A stretch of 63,227 bases of DNA, filler included, from Saprolegnia diclina VS20 (Eukaryota): assembly GCF_000281045.1 (NCBI RefSeq). It is 8 parts of 4 records of this genome, joined end to end, with 100 filler letters (N's around TTAATTAATTAA, not from the genome) between each part and the next. Parts side by side here need not be neighbours in the genome. Positions count along the whole stretch, not along the records: positions 1 to 23,423 come from NW_008246114.1; 7 more parts are not named here. One strand, written 5' to 3'. The position numbers and the translations under genes are program-made. Below, piece after piece: positions 1 to 12,512 of the stretch. How positions within the stretch are numbered: position 1 is the stretch's first letter; each line of letters starts with the position of its first letter. The notes under the pieces are model-generated. The model was not told the DNA's origin. It saw nothing but the letters and a program-made list of their open reading frames with translations, and searched no databases.

Positions 1-443
1 CCTTCTTCCAGCCGTTGTACGATGTCAGCATGTAGACAGTCCAACCATGCTCGCCTCGTCATCGTTCCCCAACGAGGTTCTTGTGATCGTGTTCTCATTC
101 CGATGACCGGACCAGGTCACGATCCCCTGCAGTCTCAGTGCACACGACTGAGACAGCGCTGTCATGTCCACTCAATCGCGTGTGGATGGCCGCGACCCAT
201 GCATTGGGTGCGTTCGATGTCCGTGGTCGCGCAGTCTTTCTAGTTAATCAAATTCGACTACACTCTTGGCCGCCTGAGTTCATTGCTTGCATGTGTACTT
301 GGCCCCCACTACTTTGGTTCAAGAGAGAACATTGCGAGGATAAATAAATGACATATTGGGAATATACGAATCGCTCTGTCATCGACACGACGACGCACTG
401 GGAAAATATGATACTACAAGACTAAATAGGGCAGGAGAGGCGC

Positions 444-935
444 TTAGGCCGTGAGGGTGCTTGGTAGGCGTGTGAGTGGGGCCAGCGAGACACCGTGCGC
501 CACCTTGGACGCGAGCGAGTGCTCGGTTGACGCCTTGACGTCCGAGCCGAGCACGATTTTGGCGAGCGCCTTGTTCTTGGCGTTGGCCGCGACGACCTCG
601 ACGAGCGCGTCGATCCAGTCGTACATTTCGATTTCGTTGGCCGCCGACAGGAGAAGGCGGCGCGCCGGCGTGGTGACGCCGATGCGGTAGATGGTCGAGC
701 CCGACGAGCCCGTCTTGACCGCGTCTTCGGGCATGCACTCGATGGCGTCGACGCCGATCGCATCGAGACTCACGACGCCTTTGAGCTGGCGCGAGGCAAA
801 GTCGTAGTACGAGAGGAGGGTGCCTGTGAGCTCAAAGTAGCGCGGCTTCCAGTTGCGGCGGCCAAAGAGGCCAGCGCCGGACCCTTTCTTGTGGAGCACG
901 CCAGCTTTGAGGATGGTACTAGAGGTTGGCTGCAT
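444..935 (-). CDS. Stand-alone PH-domain protein (paralog 1)
   Basis: Single exon. KAGVLHKKGSG...RRNWKPRYFEL (PH beta1-beta2) and LLLSAANEIEMYDWIDAL (C-terminal PH helix with Trp). First ATG at 935; the track start at 938 is TTG. Confidence 0.9.
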   Translation of the reverse strand: MQPTSSTILKAGVLHKKGSGAGLFGRRNWKPRYFELTGTLLSYYDFASRQLKGVVSLDAIGVDAIECMPEDAVKTGSSGSTIYRIGVTTPARRLLLSAANEIEMYDWIDALVEVVAANAKNKALAKIVLGSDVKASTEHSLASKVAHGVSLAPLTRLPSTLTA

Positions 936-2283
936 CAATCAAGTTCGTCGTTGGAGCTGCGTACGACCAAGCAATTTCGAGACTGACAACGTACGTGCAC
1001 GCAAGCCAGGCCATCCCACGGTTCGCAAGTGCAATGTCGGGCCCCGTATCGCATTCTATGTTCACTTTGCATTCAAGTATCTGCGTTTCTGTATCGGAAG
1101 GTCCCTCTAAAACACAACGTGCAAAAGAAATATAGGGGGACCTACTCATTTTGTGACAATTCATCCAGCGTGCTGTCAGCGGGTGTATCGGTCGGTGTAT
1201 CGACGACAACAACCCGGTTAGTGCACATCAAGGATGACCGAGGTGAATACATCTGCACAACCCGCGCAGACAACGACGAGTCGTCCCGCGCGAGCCATTT
1301 GTGTCGACCTTCGACAAACAAGCAAAAGATACAGTGTAGTCACCGCGATTACGAGGCGCGCCATCCGCGACATCGGCGGCGGCGTTGGACACCACCGGCA
1401 AATGCCTAGGACATCGAATGATGGTCGTCGCCGTCAATCGACGCCGACGTCGGGACCGAGCATCAAGCCCGGGGCACCCTCGACAAGAAGATGGCGTCAC
1501 TGGACAGACGCGGCGTCGTAACGCTCAGCACGAGCCAACGAACGTTCTCGAGTACCATCGTTGGCAGTAGCGTCGAAGGTTGTTCTTGCGGCCCTCGATC
1601 TATCTTGCGCCAGTAGCACTACCGGAAGACGTGGCAGTTTCGCGAGGCAGCCTCGACTTGCAGAGTTTGACGCGGGCTCATTTACACGGCATGTACACAT
1701 CCATGCAGCGGATGCGGCCACATACTGAGCGGCTACTCGAGTCGTGCACGTTGATGTATACAAGTACCTCTGCGTTAAGCTGTCTGCGGCCGATTGAGAG
1801 CTATCATTCGCAAGTATCCGGCCAGGATACAAGCGCGAAGATACCAAGTTCTCATAGAACCTGCAGTACTGGGCGCGCATTCGGAGGCGTTCGTTTGATA
1901 TTTCTCACTGCGCACGACCGCCGCTCGACAGTAGTAAGTCCAACGGTAAAGGCGAGCCGAGGCAATCTCGCCCGTCCGACGAGGATACTGCGAGTGCTGA
2001 TCTATCCATGCAGCGCTGGCAACCTCAAGGAAAGGCTTCCACAACGGCGCGGCCGAGACGCGAGCAGCATTCTCTGCAGCACTGCTTTGCCCGCGCTGGC
2101 TACCGCGAAATACTATGAAGAGACAAAGGGAACTTGAGATGGAAAAGCAAGGCGGCGCAGGACGCCATGGCTTCGATCGCCACGGCTGCGTCGTATATAT
2201 TGTGATAGATAAGTTCTTGGATAATAAATAGTCGTCGATACAAGTCGTCGTCTCGGTCAACATAAATACCAGCTCGTGCACGC

Positions 2284-2793
2284 TCAGACCAGCTGCAGCT
2301 TGGCGAGCGGGACCATGGCAAAGCTGCTGTTGCGCACCGAGTGGACGCGCGAGTGGCGCTTGCAGACAACGTACTCGGGGCGTTCGCTCGCGAGCACAAT
2401 CTTCTTGGACGGGCTCACAATGCGGAGGTCGGCGGTCGACGGCCCGAGGACGCCCACGAGGGCGAGCAGCCATTCGTTCATCTCCGACTCGTTGGCGGCC
2501 GAGATGAGGAGGCGGCGCGACCCGCTGCGGATCGCAATGCGCCAGATCGTCGACGCCGACGAGCCCTTCTTGACGGCGTCGCTTGGCATGACCTCGAGTG
2601 CGTCGACCGTGAGCGCAGCGAGGTTGAGCTGGCCCTTCTGCGTCCCGTTCTGGTAGCTGTACCAGCGCAGGTGGTGCTCGCTGAGCTCAAAGTAGCGCGG
2701 CTTCCAGTTGCGGCGCTTGAAGAGGCCTTGGCCCGACCCCTTCTTGAAGAGGACGCCGGCCTTGACAAACGAGGGAGACGCGGTCATCACCAT
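2284..2793 (-). CDS. Stand-alone PH-domain protein (paralog 2)
   Basis: KAGVLFKKGSG...RRNWKPRYFEL...LLISAANESEMNEWLLAL. Clear paralog of 444-935; ATG at 2793. Confidence 0.9.
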   Translation of the reverse strand: MVMTASPSFVKAGVLFKKGSGQGLFKRRNWKPRYFELSEHHLRWYSYQNGTQKGQLNLAALTVDALEVMPSDAVKKGSSASTIWRIAIRSGSRRLLISAANESEMNEWLLALVGVLGPSTADLRIVSPSKKIVLASERPEYVVCKRHSRVHSVRNSSFAMVPLAKLQLV

Positions 2794-5700
2794 GTTTTGC
2801 TGTGTGTACTCCGAGTCGAAATGAGATCTGACTGGTGCACCACCCGTCGTCCGACGCGCATCGGCGATCTGATAGTGCCAGCGCAGAGTGGGGCCCCCTA
2901 CTTGTGAGTCGTTGACGACGTTGACTAACTGAAAAACCAATTTGACAATTGTATTGCGTGTCGCAGGCGCTGCACGAGGTACCCCCCACCGATCCAGGTG
3001 CGAATGCTGCTGGCAAACCAGATGGGTCCTTTGGGTGCCACCGACTCAAATTTTGCCACGCGGAACGTCCCAGCGCGCACTACAGTATCGCAGACGTCGG
3101 TTGTACCTCAATCCATGCACTCGCCGCCCGCTCTCTGGCCGACATACAGTGTATACGTCGAGATTGCTGTCGATTGCAGTGGATTTTTCGTGATACACTG
3201 GACGCAGGTACATTGCGTGGGTGGTGGGGAGGCGAGAATGGGTGGCTCTTGACGAAGGGTGTGTGCGATTTCGGTCCAGACAGCAAACACAAATCATCGG
3301 GTGCCACTCTTGGGTAACGAGCAAGTGCAAAGTGACAGACCACGGAGCGTATACACACTCGGCGATTGCTGACCGCTATCAGTCCTTGCTGCCACAGCCT
3401 CGGTGGCTGTGCACCCGAGGCCAATCGAATGTAGCAGGCTTTCTGTCTCGTCCACGGGTTGTGATGGCTGTCGTGCATGCTTACTATGAGATTGCGTGGG
3501 TGCCGAGGTTCGATTTTCCCAGCCTCCATGCTGGACCGACTGGATAGCTAAACGAGGCGTGGAGGATGCGATGGCTAATCGCCCTCCTTGAGTCCCACTA
3601 CATTGTACAAGAGACACCAATTGCACTGTGGTGCAGGGGCCAGTGCGTTACTGCGTCCACAGCATCGTCGTTGGTGCTGGCCCGACGACGTCGGCACAAC
3701 CATCTCGCCCGTGTCGTCCTCAAGCGCCACCGGTGCAACGTACTCCTAGTACAGAACCAAATACCCTGGGGACGTAGCGCCAAAGTAAGCAAGAAAAGGC
3801 GGCTTCTATCATCGACGACGACGCTTGTGATGACTATGGCTGCATCAGAAGCGCTATCAGAAGACGGGGATGTGATCGAACGCATACTAACCGGCACGAG
3901 ATACTACTTCAGCTTCAAGAAACCACGAGCAACAAGTAGGGCGTGTGTCACGTGCAGTGGTGTCCACGAGGAGTTGAGCTGTCCACAGCGCTCTGCCAAT
4001 CAACGCCACCGCCAGTCGATGAACCGTCGTCTTCAACAAGTTGACGTGTCGATTTGCGATCGACAAGCTTCGGCCCACAGGCTTCTACGACTCATCACGG
4101 CGCGGATCACGTCGGCGTGTCATGCCTAGTGCCACGCGCGTCCCCGTTCGTCTCGGTGGCGACAACAACCGAGCGATCGTAGTGCGAAGTGAATGAAGGT
4201 GCCGCTAGCAGACCAGACCAGAGATCAGACTGGAGCAGCGAGATGTGACGCACGCATCGCTTGCTTCCAGAGCCATTCACTGGCCTCGAGTCCTTGCATT
4301 CGCATCCCTACAACATGTGTAAGACTGCTGATGTTGGCGAGACCTCTTCTGTGGTGTTGTGTCGACTGAAACGAGCTGCGAGATTCTAAAATCCACTGAC
4401 CTCGCACGGCGTAGAGTTGGTCCAACTCGACTGGCGATCTTGCGATCACCGACGCCACTACACCAACGACTGCAAGACCAACGACACTTTTTGCGGGGGT
4501 GTCGACGCGCTGTTGGCGGTGGGTGGGTTAACGACCGCGCAATTTCGGGCCAAGTTGGTACACATGCCCTACCCCTGCCTACCCCGCAAAACAATCGCAC
4601 CAATAAGAAGACGATTCTTATGGCCCGAATCGTGTGCGCCTTGTCGCCAGAGCTGGCGACGCCGAGTATAAAAGGAGGCGCAAGAAGTCCAGTGCACACA
4701 CGACGCTTGAGCGCATTGCATGTCGCGCAGTTGACATAAATTAACGTGGGCGCATCTCGGACACTTTGCCTCCTCTGACCACGAGGCCTCGTATACACTG
4801 ATATCGCGCTGTCGAACACCATTTTGCTGACCGCACAATGCATTCATCGATGGTGTTCTATATCTCCCTAGTTCTTTGTCTTGGGGTAGGGTAAACTCTC
4901 TATCTACTTTTGTTTGTTGGCACCGGGAAAGCAAGCTCTCTTCTACAAGCGGCTCTAATCTTGGGATGCGGACTATACGCCAAGAGGAGAGTACACTGCG
5001 ACAGCTCACATAATTTATAGATGAATCGCTGCAAGGCGACGACGTGCTCAAGAACTCATGGGTTCGTTCCAGTGGTAACGTGCGGCTAACTCAACGCAGA
5101 CTCATGCGTGCCGATAGCATGATCCGCAGCAGCGAAACCCACGTCATCGTCGCCAGCGCTCCATGATTACTGGCAGCGATGACGTGCTGACCACTGCGCG
5201 TCTTCTGCGGTTAGAAGTTCCTTCCTCGCGATCCAGTATCGTCCCGGAGAGAGATGCCGGAGGGCTACACGTGATGCATATGTGCGCCCGATTTCTCTGC
5301 CGGAGGCACGATAGCAGAGAGCGGAAGGTGCTGTCGCCGCTTCCACTGATCACTGCACTGCGAAAACCTCGCCAACCGTATTACCACAACCGGTGTATCC
5401 AGCTACCTTTTCTTTCTTTCCACTGGAATGGATTGATTGGTCTCTAGATCTCGCCGCTGCTAGAATCGCGATGCATTATATCTTGGCGCCAGATCTTTAG
5501 AGGACTGGACAATCTGGGCAGCGGGGTGCAGCAAGCCCTGCACACGACAGTCGTACTACTATAGCTCCCACCTCGGGAAGGCTTGCGTGAGGTCTTACGC
5601 CAGCACCATCTCGGACGGCTGTACGTATTCAATGCATCAGATACCGGGCCCTCGTCATTCAATTGTACAAGTAGGAGGAGGCGCGCAGCCTCGATCCAGT

Positions 5701-6892
5701 GGCTGCCTACTCCTTCGTGTTTGAATCAAATTCCTTGTCGTAGCGACATCAAACATCCTCGCCAGCAGCTCGTACGACCGATTTCCTTCGTTCGTCGGCA
5801 GTGTCACCTGTGGCTCGGCAGGGTGGCAGCTTGAGCAGGGCGGCGGCCACCGACATGCTGGACAAGCTCGAGGCGCTGCCAAGCCGCTGTCAACTTGTAC
5901 CAACTAAGCTCAGAACCAGTGCTTAGAGTACACCAACCCATCTCGGGTCTGCGACCAGTTTGCTGGGCGTATAACGAAAGGGGAACCAACTGTAACATGG
6001 TTGCTCGTGTCGGCAGTAACCTCGTTGCATGTAGTAGGAGTACCGAGGTTGTCTGTCATGCAGGAGGCGGACGATGGTGTGTCGGACGAAGCCGCCACCT
6101 GCACACCCAATGCAAGACGTGTAGTATCTCTTCGATTCAATCCAGTGCGTTCATACAGGCAACAGGCTGGCGGCGCTAGCTCGCTCCCATACCCGCGATC
6201 CACCACGAATCGTGGCGACGGGCCATCACGCTGCCTCGCTGCTAGCACAAGCTGGTATCGCTGGATAGCAGCCACAGCCATGGGTGGTGCTCGTTGCACC
6301 AACCTCGCCATGGTGGGACCTACTACGATCGTGCGCCCTCTCGTCTTCTTGCCCAGCCCGCTCGCCACAAGAACCTGCCGTCGCTTTGTCGCCGGTATGG
6401 CGTCCTTCGCCGCTGCGCCGCGTGGCCTCCTTGGACTTGCACGCTGTCGCTCGTCGATGCCAATGGGTGGTGGCGGCGAGGCTGCCATCCGTGGCCACCC
6501 GCCAGCACCCAGCGCCGTCTGGCCACTGCTGGCGCTGCCCAAGTGTGCCACAAGAAATTGTGTGAATCTAGCATCGGCGCGGTGATTGGCTCGAATAACA
6601 TGCCATTTGGCTGCTGATTCACCAGTTAATTGCTGGATCGCACAGTGAGATCAAGACCTTGCGAAATGCAAGAGTATAGACGTCCACAGGTAGAGCTCAA
6701 CGGTCTCGCCAAACGCAAATGAGAGATCGCTCGACTGCCGTACAGAGTCGTTTGCCTCTGCGCACCGGTACGATGGCCGGCGCTCGATCCAGCAAGGATC
6801 TGACCCTTTGCATTTCAACCAATCACGTCGCAGCGACCACAAACGCAGGTCCTTGCCAGCAATTTTCATCTTTCGCTTCCCAAGTCAAGACC

Positions 6893-8948
6893 ATGGACCG
6901 TGACAGCCTCGTGGCAGCTGTGGCCCGGCAGGGCGCGACGGTGCGCGAGCTCAAGAAGAACGGTGGCGCCGCTGCCGACATTACGGCGGCCGTCGTGGCG
7001 CTCAACGAGCTCAAGGCGCAGCTCAGCGCGATGGCCGAGCCGGCCGGCCCGGTGCTCAACAAGAAGGGTACGTCGCTTCGCATCGCTTCGCCGGCTCAAA
7101 TGACTTGTAGCGCTCGAGGACTTGCTCTTGCGCAAGATGTTTGTCGTGCCGTCGTTTGAGATTTACGGTGGCGTTGGTGGCTTCTACGACTTTGGCCCGC
7201 CCGGCGCGGCGCTCAAGGGCAACCTCCTCGCCGCGTGGCGCCGCCACTTCCTCATGGAAGACGACGTGCTCGAGATTGAATGCACCAACATCATGCCCGA
7301 GGTCGTCCTCAAGACGTCCGGCCACGTCGACCGGTTCACGGACCTCATGGCCAAGTGCACCAAGTCGGGCGAGTGCTACCGCGCCGACAAGCTCGTCGAG
7401 GACTTTATCGAGAACCTCCTCGCCAAGAACGCGTCGGCGCTGAGCTCGGCCGAGCAGGAGAAGCACCGCCTCGTGGCGACCAAGGCCGAGTCGCTGACGC
7501 CGGAAGAGATGCACGCCGTCATCCAGGAGTATGGCATCCTCTCGCCCGGCCACGGCGCACCGCTCTCCTTTCCCATGCCGTTCAACCTCATGTTCAAGTG
7601 CCACATTGGCCCCGAGGGCACGCACGTCGGGTACCTCCGCCCCGAGACAGCCCAAGGCATCTTCCTCAACTTTCGCCGGCTCCTCGAGTACAACGCCGGC
7701 AAGATTCCATTTGGCTGCGCGCAGATTGGCAACGCGTTTCGCAACGAGATTGCGCCACGTAATGGCCTCGTCCGCGTCCGTGAGTTCCAACAGGCCGAGA
7801 TCGAGTGGTTTGTGCACCCGGAGGACAAGGCGCACGCCAAGTTTGGCCTCGTTGCCGACCAGATCCTCAACCTCTTCCCGAAGGAGCTCCAGCTTACGAC
7901 GGGCAAGACAGTCCAGATGACGGTCCGTGATGCGGTCGCCAAGAAGATCATTGCCAACGAGTCGCTCGCGTACTACCTGGCGCGCACGTCGACCTTTGTC
8001 AAGGCCATTGGCATCGACATGGAGCGCGTCCGCTTCCGCCAGCATTTGGACACGGAGATGGCCCATTACGCGTGCGACTGCTGGGACCTCGAGATCCAGC
8101 TGAGCTCGGGCTGGGTCGAGTGCGCCGGCCACGCCGACCGCTCGTGCTACGATCTCCAGGTCCACGCCGCCAAGTCCAAGGTCGAGATGGTCGGCACGCT
8201 CAAGTACGACGCGCCGCGCGCCAAGGACATTGTCGACATCAAGGTCAACAAGGGCAAGGTCGGGAAGGCGTTCAAGGCCGACATGGCGCACATCAACAAG
8301 GGTCTCCAGGCGCTCGCGACCGACGATGCGGCGGCCATGGCGTTTGAGGCCACGCTGGCATCGGCCGGCCGCGCCGACCTCGTTGTCGACGGCAAGAGCT
8401 TTGCGCTCGAGCGCGACATGTGGAGCGCGAAGAAGGTGACCAAGACGTTCCTCGAAGAAAAGTTTGTCCCGAGCGTCATTGAGCCGTCGTTTGGCGTTGG
8501 CCGCCTCCTCACGGCCGTCTTTGAACACACATTTTACGCGCGCGAAGGCGACGAGAAGCGCGGTGTCATGGCCTTTCCCGCGTCGATCGCGCCCATCAAG
8601 GTCGCGGTGCTCCCGCTCAGCACGGCCAAGGAGTTTACGCCCGTCATGCTCGCGCTCGAGCGCGACCTCCGCGCGCGTGGCATCGCCTGCAAGAGCGATG
8701 CGTCGAGCGTCGCGATCGGCCGCAAGTATGCGCGCGTCGACGAGCTCGGCGTGCCGTTTGGCGTCACGATCGACTTTGAAACTGCGGGCGACCAGTGCGT
8801 CACGGTGCGCGAGCGGGACTCGTGCGCGCAGCTCCGCGTGCCGCTCGCCAAGGTTGTCGCTCTGCTCGACGACCTGGTCGCGGGCCGCGTGGCGTGGGCC
8901 GACCTCGCCAAGGTGTACACGGTTGTCGAAGCCAAGAAGGACGAATAA
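6893..8948 (+). CDS. GARS1: Glycyl-tRNA synthetase (eukaryotic alpha2 type, N-terminal WHEP domain), 2 exons
   Basis: Exon 1 6893-7067 is WHEP-like (QGATVRELK). A 43-nt GT-AG intron at 7068-7110 joins in frame to ALEDLLLRKMF. Motifs YLRPETAQG, FRNEIAPRNGLVRVREF, EMAHYACDCWD, VIEPSFGVGR and the anticodon-binding domain IGRKYARVDELGVP. Confidence 0.97.
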
Positions 8949-9090
8949 GCCAGTGTTTGCAACAAAGACTAGGTTCTTGGGTGGATATTTTTCTTTGGAG
9001 TTTTGTCTGTGAGTTTGAGAGTTAGAAGGAGGAGTGGACATTATTGTCATCGCCACCATGAGGTGATTACAAAACGAGATATTGCAATGG

Positions 9091-9539
9091 TTACGTTGTC
9101 TTACGGTCCAGATCTGCGGTAGCCTTCCCCGTTGTGCTCGGGGTCGTGTTGCCACAGGGCGTCGCACGGGCCGCGTCGCGGTCGACTCTTGAGTAATGAC
9201 GCAGGACGACGTCGTTGGGACTCGTATTCGGATCGCAGTCGACACAACAGCTCCAGAACCGGCCGCTCTGCCGGCTCTGGAAACCCATTTCGCCGCCGGA
9301 AATGAGGCGGACTTGAGTCAGATCGCCAAAATCAAAGGAGTGGGCTGGCGCAGTGTAGCCCGTCGTGCGACAGGAGTCGCAATACCCGAGCCATTTCGCG
9401 TTGTCGGCCATGAGAGAACTCGTTGTGCCTTGTTCAACGTCGTGCAGATCGAGGCGGGCGCCGGCGTCTTGCCGCACGCGTCACTGGCGCTGACGGTCGA
9501 TATGGCCACAAAGCTGAGGACAGCGTAGACGCGCTGCAT
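9091..9539 (-). pseudogene. Frameshifted, internally deleted copy of the secreted fascin-like CxxC family
   Basis: Signal peptide MQRVYAVLSFVAISTVSASDACG, then a 1-nt frameshift near 9430 into LMADNAKWLGYCDSC...FWSCCVDCDPN. The C-terminal PQIWTV motif lies in a different frame and the third repeat is missing relative to 11057-11653. Confidence 0.75.
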
Positions 9540-10333
9540 GGCGAGCAAGCCGAATTGAAAAATGAGCTTCTGGGCGAGTCACAAACCAAGTTGTCGCACA
9601 ACCTGTCTTTGGTGCCACCTCTACACGCTCGATATTGAGCTCTTTCGTGCGACGCGTGGCAGAGTGGCTGCGGTACGGCGTGCGGTACGACAAAAGCATT
9701 GCGATGGGCGAGCTAATCGCGATCAGTGCCCAGTGATCAGTGTCCATCCTTCCAACGCTGATACAGCAGACCGTAACCCTACCCTCTAGAAGGGTCCGCG
9801 GCATGGCGAGCACCAAGAAGGGCACTGAGACGCTCTCCAAAGGCAGTGGCGCGATACGTAGGACCTCTAGTGAAATGAATTGATAGAAAAGTGTGTCCCG
9901 AGAGGCGAGAGGGAGGGCGCGGTCGGTTGCCGCTACCTCCGGGACTTTGAGCGCACCGTTGATGCCCGTGAAGCGACGAGAAGCGCGCTGTCATGGCCAT
10001 TCATTCGCATAGAAACCGCTCAGTCGTGCGCCCTCCGGTACGCCATTGGTGATTCATTGTACGTCGTCCACATGCGTGAACACTCTGTCGTTTTTGTGGG
10101 TCCTGTGGCTCACGCCACCTCGTGCCTCTTCGGAGGGTGTCGCTGTATGCAGATCTCACGCCCTTGGCCGATAAGCCGATAAGCGAGCCACATGCCATGC
10201 GGAGCGAACGACTCGGTGGTGATGAGTTGAGGAAACGAGCTTGGGCTGGACGATTGCATCGACGGCTGGCGACGATGGTGCGCTCGCCATGTGTCCAGCA
10301 TCAGGCGGTTGTCATGCGCACAAGGGACGCTTA

Positions 10334-10947
10334 GAGCATCCCCAGCAGTCGTTTCCATTTTATTGCTAACGGGTGGCTTTGGAAACGACCAGTTGGCAAT
10401 GGAAACGGAGCTCCCCAACAGCGTTGCCAAACGTTGCCAATCAACAGCTGACAGATCAACATTCCGACGATAGCGAGGCGCTCCACTGGTTCCAAGGTGA
10501 CGCCGTCGACGCCAGCACCGACTAGGCCCTACTCGCGGCCACGCTTAGCGAGAGTCATCAAGGCAGTTCATGACTGTGCGACGGAGCTAACCGCATGTCA
10601 GCGGGCGCAGCGACGCCTTGTGTGCAGATATGATTTGCCCAGATCGCTCAATGCGAGTGCCATCAGAGAGGTTCCTGCTACATCTGGGGTCTCTGTGTTG
10701 CAGGCATGGCTGTCCTCAACTGTAGAAAACTCCGAGCTGAGTTCTGACGGCGTTTTCATGCCTAGAATTCGCCCATTGCCCGTCGCCTTAAAAACGATTG
10801 GAAATGCTGGCCGATGTTTTTAAAGTGGACCGCGATAAAAACGACCAGCGAATTTTTACAAATTTTTAGAAATAAAAACGCCTCTTGGGGAGGTCCGTTT
10901 TTAAAAATTGCTATATTTACGTATAAAAACGACTGCTGGGGATGCTC
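10334..10947. mobile_element. Non-autonomous PIF/Harbinger (Tourist-like) MITE, 614 bp
   Basis: Perfect 21-bp terminal inverted repeats GAGCATCCCCAGCAGTCGTTT (10334-10354 and 10927-10947), flanked by TTA on both sides (10331-10333, 10948-10950). No transposase ORF. Confidence 0.88.
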
Positions 10948-11056
10948 TTAGCTGGGACGCATAGAGACACCAAATGGACAGCCTCGAATCAATGTCGATT
11001 ATTCAAGTCCAGTCAATGATGGATTAAGGTAGGACAGTATGTCTCGTGCCCAACTG

Positions 11057-11653
11057 TTACTTGGGCACGACGGTCCACTTCTGGGGCGCGGGCGCGGTCG
11101 CATTCCACGGCAAGCTCGTGATGATGTTGCCAAAGAGGGCTGGCGGATACTCCGCGTCGCGCGTCAGATAGTTGCCATCGATGTCCTTGAACCGGACCTG
11201 CGTGTCGCTCACGTCTTCGCAGAACCAGTGGGTCGTGTTGGACGCATCAAACGAAGTGTAGCGCAAGACGACTTGGTTGGGCTTGTTGACTGGGTTGCAG
11301 TCGGCGCAGCGGCTCCAGTACTGGGCCCCGTACTCACTCTGAAGCGCCATCTTACCACCCGGAACGATGCGGATATGAACCGGTTGGGCCCACTCGCCAG
11401 TGCGGGCCGGGTACTTGTAGCCGGCAACTTGGCAGCCGCCGCAGTACCCAAGGCCTCGGCCGTTGTCGACCATGAGGTAGATCACCTTGCCGTCGGTCAA
11501 CGTCTTGCAGAGCGAGAAGGGTGCTGGCGTCGACGGGGCGGGCGTCGTCGGGGCCGGTGTCGTCGGGATCGGCGTGTCACCACACGCGTCCGTGGCGGTA
11601 ACCGAGGCGACGGCCGATGCCATAAAGCCAACGAGGGCGTAAGCGAGCTGCAT
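11057..11653 (-). CDS. Secreted protein: Pro/Thr linker plus fascin-like (beta-trefoil) domain with CxxC pairs
   Basis: Signal peptide MQLAYALVGFMASAVASVTA and a TTPAP linker. Three repeats: IYLMVDNGRGLGYCGGC, MALQSEYGAQYWSRCADC, VRFKDIDGNYLTR. The fold assignment is inferred from the repeat pattern. Confidence 0.8.
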   Translation of the reverse strand: MQLAYALVGFMASAVASVTATDACGDTPIPTTPAPTTPAPSTPAPFSLCKTLTDGKVIYLMVDNGRGLGYCGGCQVAGYKYPARTGEWAQPVHIRIVPGGKMALQSEYGAQYWSRCADCNPVNKPNQVVLRYTSFDASNTTHWFCEDVSDTQVRFKDIDGNYLTRDAEYPPALFGNIITSLPWNATAPAPQKWTVVPK

Positions 11654-12512
11654 GGTTCTCAAGTTGATTTGGAAAATGAAGTTTTCGGTCGAGACGGAAA
11701 AGTTAGCAGGGTTACACCAACGATTCAAATTAAAGAGTCGTCGTCCTACTACTGTGCACTTTACGCACAAAGCGTCCGAGAAGCGGAGGAATTCAATCAA
11801 AACGTCGGACGCGGGCGCGATGTACCGTCCACCATCGCCACGGACTCGGTTTACCCTCTTGTAGCGCAGAGAATAATGCTGCTTGAAAGAGACACAGCTG
11901 CCGAACGCATCGCCCAGGTCGAGGCAGCCATCGGTATGATTTCATTCTTGTGGACACACTTGTGAACAATACAAGTAGTGGGTGGGTAATCTATGAAAAT
12001 CATCCCGTAGCCCATTGTTTTAATGGAATTTCTCGCCAGAAGCGTAGTCGGAAGGTGATGTGCGCTTTGGAGGGCTCCTATCAGTGCTTGCGATCAGTGC
12101 TTGCGATCGAGCTATCAGGACCCAAACTGATAGCACTGGCGCTACAACAGGTAGTCTGGCTACCACACAAGTTGCCCAGCCGCGACCCAATCAAATTCAA
12201 ACGTCCCGAAGATGCCCATACTATCCCATATCTGACTCATTCAACTGGAGCTTTCGCAAGGCGCTGCATAGATAAGACGAAGACCGGGCGAAGGTTTCGA
12301 GTGCTGGAGTGAGCGGGCTGCAATAGTCCCAGCTGAGGTCCCTCATCTCACAGTAGCAACCGACAAATGCATACACGAGGCCGGTTTCCATCTGCCTTGC
12401 GCGCTTCACAACGCAGCACAGGTCATATTGCTCGCGATATTTGTTTTTTCAAAAGAAAATCAAAGCAAGCAAGCGGCAGTACAAGTACTAGTGCATGCAT
12501 TTAGGGCCAGGG

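Noticed and set aside
7056..9245. 729-aa minus-strand ORF
   Set aside because: Antisense shadow of the GC3-rich GlyRS gene; no recognisable motifs.
11039..11965. 308-aa plus-strand ORF
   Set aside because: Antisense to the secreted fascin-like gene, which has paralog support.
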